Both the position numbers and the translations under genes were made by a program. DNA of 64,000 nt, from positions 39,410 to 103,409 of IMG/VR virus record IMGVR_UViG_3300015207_000465, one strand, 5' to 3'. Below, one piece after another: positions 58,940 to 64,000 of the stretch. The DNA comes from a virus. Its lineage: Duplodnaviria; Caudoviricetes. The notes below the pieces were generated by a model. That model worked only from the letters and a program-made list of their open reading frames with translations. It made no database searches and was not told the DNA's origin. Each line of letters starts with the position of its first letter. Position 1 is the first letter of the stretch.

Positions 58940-59431
58940 GTTATACACGATTTTATTGAAGCGATGGCGAGTGGTATCAGCATTACCCACGTCTATCAGC
59001 ACATGGGGGTTTCCCTCATTCTTTGGATACTTGTAATCCTTGCCGTCTTGATTGACCTTTGGGATGGCGTTTATACAGCCCGGCGACTTGGGCAGCACGT
59101 ACATAGCCACAAGCTCCGCGTGACGATACGGAAGATAGGTGAATATTGGCGATTTATTCTTATGGGATTTGTCGCCGACACCATAGGCATCCTATTTCCG
59201 TTCTGGGCGTGGCCGTACCTGTCAATCTGCATCTGCCTTGGCGTTATCTGCATTGAGGGAAAGAGTGTGCTGGAACACGCCAAGAAGCGCAAGAGCCATA
59301 TCGCTGAAATACCGGGCATGGTTAAAGAAATGATTGAATGTGCTACGGAACATGATGCGCTTGACATACTGTCACGGATAAAGGGCGCACTTGACGAAGA
59401 AAACGCAAAGTATATCCAAAAAGACCATTAA
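58940..59431 (+). CDS. Holin (start either GTT 58940 or ATG 58964)
   Basis: TM segments, DLWDGV..A...G..V.S..LR.T..K, IE.KSV.E motifs. Confidence 0.75.
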   Translation, partial: VIHDFIEAMASGISITHVYQHMGVSLILWILVILAVLIDLWDGVYTARRLGQHVHSHKLRVTIRKIGEYWRFILMGFVADTIGILFPFWAWPYLSICICLGVICIEGKSVLEHAKKRKSHIAEIPGMVKEMIECATEHDALDILSRIKGALDEENAKYIQKDH

Positions 59432-59433
59432 CG

Positions 59434-59946
59434 ATGAAACACCTTTTATCATTCCTTGCAATAGTCGCCATTGTCATGTGTGGATGCACCCGGACAATCT
59501 ATCAGCCGATTGAAAGTGTACGCACTGACAGCATCAGCACAAAGGCAGAATTTAACGAGGCTCGGTTCCAATACCTCTTAAACGTCTTGCAGCACCGGGT
59601 CAACACACGTGATAGCGTTGTAATCCGCGATAGCGTTGTGATGGTCATCAATGAAACCGGTGGGGTGGTCAGTAAAGAAACTTTCCACGACCGCGACCGC
59701 AACTATTCAAGGGATGAGGCAGTCTTGCAGATACAGGCGAAATATGATAGCATCTTCAAGGCGCAACGCGAAGAATTTAACGCCATCCTTGAGCAAATCC
59801 AGCAAATACCCGTACCGGTGGAAAAGCCGTTATCCAAATTGGAGCGACTCAAGCAAGAGGTTGGCGGTATCGCAATCGGAATACTTGTGGCCATTCTATC
59901 CGTGGCGGTGGTCTGGCTCATAAGAAAGATAAAACGTAAACAGTAG
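59434..59946 (+). CDS. Lipoprotein with C-terminal TM (unimolecular-spanin architecture)
   Basis: Signal ...IVMCG-C, C-terminal hydrophobic helix followed by basic residues; next to the holin. Confidence 0.65.
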   Translation: MKHLLSFLAIVAIVMCGCTRTIYQPIESVRTDSISTKAEFNEARFQYLLNVLQHRVNTRDSVVIRDSVVMVINETGGVVSKETFHDRDRNYSRDEAVLQIQAKYDSIFKAQREEFNAILEQIQQIPVPVEKPLSKLERLKQEVGGIAIGILVAILSVAVVWLIRKIKRKQ

Positions 59947-60050
59947 CTTTTGGTTCTTTTCTCATTTTGGTAGGCACGTTGGGAAACGCGCCTGTTGTCT
60001 TTATGGTCAAAAAGAAAAGGAAACGCCCTAAATTAGAGTGCTTCCTTTAA

Positions 60051-60073
60051 TTTTGCCCCACTTTTTGCCCCAC
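60051..60073. repeat. Tandem TTTTGCCCCAC direct repeat near the prophage junction (possible integrase arm-type sites)
   Basis: Two 11-bp copies about 35 bp from the tmRNA 3' end. Confidence 0.45.
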
Positions 60074-60107
60074 ACGTTTGTAAGTGTGTGATAATCAGTA
60101 AGGGTTG

Positions 60108-60502
60108 TGGAGCTGGAGGGGTTTGAACCCTCGTCCAAACGTGGAACTAATGAGCTTTCTACATGCTTATTCTCAAATTGGTTTTCGTGTCGCGGCAGGT
60201 TTGAGACCACCAACCGCGGCCTTATCCTCTAAGTGTTCGGCGACTCTCGAGGCTTTTGTCGCTATATTCCCGATTTACCTGCACCGCCTAATCGATTAGT
60301 CTCGGGAAGAGGACAATCGGGCGATGTCTCGTCTCTGCAACTGTTGCGGAGATAAAGCTAATCTACTGTGCTTCGATTAGGCAGCGAGAGCGTAGTTGTT
60401 TTCGCCATTTGAATTGTTGATGTCTCTGATTATAGAGTGTGGGCATCATCACTCTGCATGCTTACTCACCACCTCTACACGCTGTCAAAGCCAGTCAGCC
60501 CC
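60108..60502 (-). ncRNA. ssrA: tmRNA
   Basis: 5' GGGGCTGACTGGCTTTGACAGC, 3' T arm and CAGCTCCA with G3:U70; tag ORF GENNYALAA*. Confidence 0.96.
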
Positions 60503-60757
60503 GTGTTCTTGATGATGAATGTGCAAAGATAAGTCTTTTTTTTCTCTCCCGCAAGATTATCCGCATTTTTAACACAAAAGTGCAAGAAATGGATAAGAAA
60601 TTACAATTAGTTGGTTAATTTGTGTTAATTGTAGATGGGACTATATGTAGTTGTTAAATTATTATAACTATCTTTGTGTCGTATTTGCATGAAGGTTTCA
60701 CTACAATAAGCGTTAAATCGTAACCTTAATATAAATAGTAATCTAAACCATGTCTGT

Positions 60758-63700
60758 ATGAATGCAGTTCAGAAAATTCGTCTGTAGCTTGCAGTGTTGC
60801 TGGTCACGACATTTACTCTATCGCTTAGCGCTCAGGACATCACCGTCTCCGGCGTCGTGAGCGATGACACCGGCGAGCCCTTGATGGGTGCGACGGTATT
60901 GATCAAGGGCACCCAAAAGGGTGTGGCCTCGAACCTTGACGGAGAGTTCTCCATTCAGGCTCCTTCGAAAGGCACCCTTGTCTTCTCCTACATCGGTTGC
61001 AAGACCAAGGAGGTGGCCATCAACGGCCAGACCAAGATTGACGTGACCCTAGAGAACAATACCGAGATGCTCGAGGAGGTCGTTGCCATCGGCTATGGCA
61101 CCGTCAAGAAGAAAGACCTCACGGGTGCCGTCTCGTCGGTTGCCGGCTCTGAGCTTGTCAAGGTCCCCGTGGCCACTGCTGCTCAGGCTCTTCAGGGCAA
61201 GGCCGCAGGTCTTAACATCGTGTCGCAGAGCGGCGCTCCCGGTGCGTCGATGAACGTCACCGTGCGTGGCGGTGCATCGCTCACTCAGGGCACCGAGCCT
61301 CTCTACATCGTCGACGGCTTTGCCATGGACAACGCTCTTGCCAACATCGACGTCAACGACATCGAGACCATCGACGTGCTCAAGGACGCCTCGGCCACTG
61401 CTATATATGGTGCGCGCGGCTCTAACGGCATCATCGTCATCACCACCAAGTCGGGCCAGAAGGGCAAGACCAAGGTCGACTACAACGCCTTCTTCTCGTG
61501 GGATCATCTGGCCAAGAAGCTCGATGTTCAGGACAACCCCGTTGACTATGCTTGGTATCAGTATGAGTTTGCCGAGCTCCAGAATCGTCAGGCAGGCTAC
61601 AGCCTCTTCTTCGACGACGGCTACGGCACGACCGAGCAGGACTATCACTCTGGCGCCTACAACCGCATCCTCGACCGCTATGGCGACAGCTATGGTGTTG
61701 ACTGGCAGGACCTCACCTTCGGCGGCAATGCCTTCACGCAGAATCACAACGTGAGCGTATCGACCGGCTCTGAGAAGGTTCAGGTGCTCCTCTCGTACAA
61801 CCACAATGATCAGGACGGTCTTCTGGCCAACCACGACTACAAGCGCAACTCGCTGCGTGCCAAGATGAACGCCGAGCTCTGGAAGGGCGTCAAGCTCGAC
61901 TTCGGCATGTTCTTCTATCACAACAACACCCACGGCGGCGGCGCATACTCGGGCATGAAGAGCGTGCTCCTCTCGCCCATCAACGGCGGCACACGCTTCA
62001 CCCGCGACGAGCTCATCGGCACTCAGACCCAGCCCATCTATCGCAACGAGGGTCTGGCCGATACCTATAGCGTCAGCAACCCCCTCGTGCAGAACGGCGC
62101 CGTGCTCCAAGAGAAGCGTCAGCGCAAGCTCGACATCAACGGCGGCCTCACCATCGACTTCCTCAACGACTTCCGTTGGCGCACTGCCGTCAACTATGTC
62201 ACCGGCTGGGACAAGTCGACATCCTTCGAGGACGAAAACTCGCTCAACTACATCCTTTATGAGAATACCGAGGGCATGACCGGCAGCATCGGCAACTCCG
62301 AGAAGTATTCTTGGCGCGTCAACAACACCCTCACATGGACCAAGACCCTCAACAAGGTTCACGATCTCACCGTGATGGTGGGTCAGGAGTATTCTTACTC
62401 CGAGAGCGAGGGCAACTCCATCTCGCTGCGCAAGTTCCCCGTGCCCAACCACAAGCTCGACGACATCTCGAAGGCCGAGGTCGCCAAGAAGTCTACCAGC
62501 CACAGCAACGGCAACATGCTCTCGTTCTTTGCCCGCGCCAACTATAGCTATGACGACCGCTACCTGCTCACCGCGACATTCCGTGCCGACGGCAGCTCGA
62601 AGTTCGCCAAAGGCAACAAGTGGGGCTACTTCCCCTCTGTCTCGGGTGCTTGGCGCGTGAGTCAGGAGAAGTTCTGGACAGAGAATCAGGTGGCCGAGTG
62701 GTTCAACAACCTCAAGTTCCGCGTGGGCTATGGTGTCACCGGCAACTGCGACATCGCCTCAAACATGTATGCCACCACACTCTCGCAGACCACCTACCCG
62801 ATGGACAATCAGGAGTTTGACATGGCATTCACCACCGACGCCACCCTCGGCAACCCCAAACTGAAATGGGAGACCCTCCACGCCACCAACGTCGGCCTTG
62901 ACCTCGGCATGTTCAACAACCGCATCAACCTGTCGGTCGAGTGGTACAACAACCAGATCTCCGACATGCTCATGCTCTGCACCATCCCCTCGTCGACAGG
63001 CTATACCAAGCAGTATCAGAACATCGGCAAGATGCGCAACCGCGGCTGGGAGTTCTCGCTCAACACAGTCAACATCGCCACGCACGGCTTCCAGTGGACA
63101 TCGACCCTCAACATGTCGTTCAACAAGTCCAAGGTCATCGCCCTCGAGGGTGAGGTGCAGCAGAAGACCTTCTCGGCCGGCGACAACCGCTCGGGCTCTG
63201 TCAACTACTATGCTGTCGTAGGCCGCGGTCTCGGCGACATGTACGGCTACAAGTATGACGGCATCTATACCACCGACGACTTCAACCAGCTCCCCGACGG
63301 AGGCTGGGAACTCAAGGAGGGCGTCGTGCGTCCCGAGGACGGCAAGACTCCTCAGCCCGGCGACATCAAGTTTGCCGCCGACAACGAGGACGGCACTCAG
63401 TTCACCAAGCAGGCCGTCAAGATCGGCAACGGTACCCCCGACTTCTTCGGTGGTTTCTCCAACCAGTTCACATACAAGGGCTTCGATCTCAACGTATTCC
63501 TCAAGTTCTCTGTTGGCAACGACGTCTACAACGCCACCAAGCACTCGATGAGCCCCTATGCTCCCTTCGAGAACGCACCCAAGGAATTCGCGTCCAACTA
63601 CTATCGTCTCGTCGATCCCGCCACCGGTCTCAAGGCCACCAGCCTCGACCGTCTGCGCGAGCTCAACCCCAACGAGTCGGCCCGCACATGGAGCCTCACC

Positions 63701-64000
63701 GAGAACAACGCCGGCTACATCACCTATCCCTCGTCATACTTCGTCGAGGACGGCTCGTACCTGCGTCTCGCACAGGTGACACTCGGCTACACCTTCCCCC
63801 AGAAGTGGATGAAGAAAGCCCTCATCTCCAACCTCCGCCTCTATTTCACCGCCAACAACCTCGCCACCATCACGGGCTACTCGGGCTACGACCCCGACGC
63901 ATCGTCCAAGAACGACGACGTCATCTGTACCCCCGGCTACGACTCGTCGGCATACCCCATGTCTCGCAGCTATGTTGTCGGTGTGAACCTCTCATTCTAA
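60758..64000 (+). CDS. susC: SusC/RagA TonB-dependent outer-membrane transporter (host); in-frame TAG at codon 10 from the likely ATG
   Basis: VVAIGYGT.KK.DLTGAV, PLYIVDG, LKDASATAIYGARGSNG, GNP.LKWE, EDGSYLR, terminal F. Confidence 0.93.

Larger units (their letters stand above)
1..60107. mobile_element. Temperate siphovirus-like prophage of a Bacteroidales host (right-hand part), inserted at the 3' end of tmRNA
   Basis: Terminase, portal, capsid, tail, endolysin, holin, DGR, Rha, YopX and VRR-NUC genes. Phage-type genes stop just before the ssrA 3' end, beyond which codon usage switches to the C/G-ending host style. Bacteroidetes TAnnTTTG promoters throughout. Confidence 0.93.

Noticed and set aside
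1-60107. Stop-codon reassignment in the phage
   Set aside because: Long genes are intact in the standard code, and TAA, TAG and TGA all terminate genes normally.
61049-63544. Long antisense ORFs opposite susC (also 20653-21365 opposite the scaffold gene)
   Set aside because: Shadow ORFs caused by codon bias; no recognisable motifs.

Overview
About 60 kb of a Bacteroidales temperate siphovirus-like prophage (1 to ~60100; its left end, integrase and tape-measure gene are not visible here). It abuts the 3' end of the host tmRNA gene (ssrA, minus strand, tag GENNYALAA), followed by a host SusC-type TonB-dependent transporter. Structural genes lie in three separate operons (packaging; head and tail tube; tail tip, DGR and lysis), each preceded by a TACGAC-N12-GTCGT palindrome and separated by XRE-HTH-headed early modules. 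The main observation is a candidate phage-encoded alternative translation-initiation system. It has three parts: an initiator-type tRNA (901-973) with an AAC anticodon instead of CAT; a divergent phage Met-tRNA formyltransferase; and five or six genes (including major capsid and major tail tube) that lack a usable ATG and appear to start at GTT in a GA-GTT-A context complementary to that tRNA's anticodon loop. Also present: a DGR with two targets, one about 29 kb from the template; a terminase intein carrying an HNH nuclease gene in another reading frame; a second tRNA-like RNA with a collapsed anticodon loop; an amidoligase/GATase pair; and a PAPS-reductase/ParB module. All family assignments come from motif recognition by eye; no searches were run.
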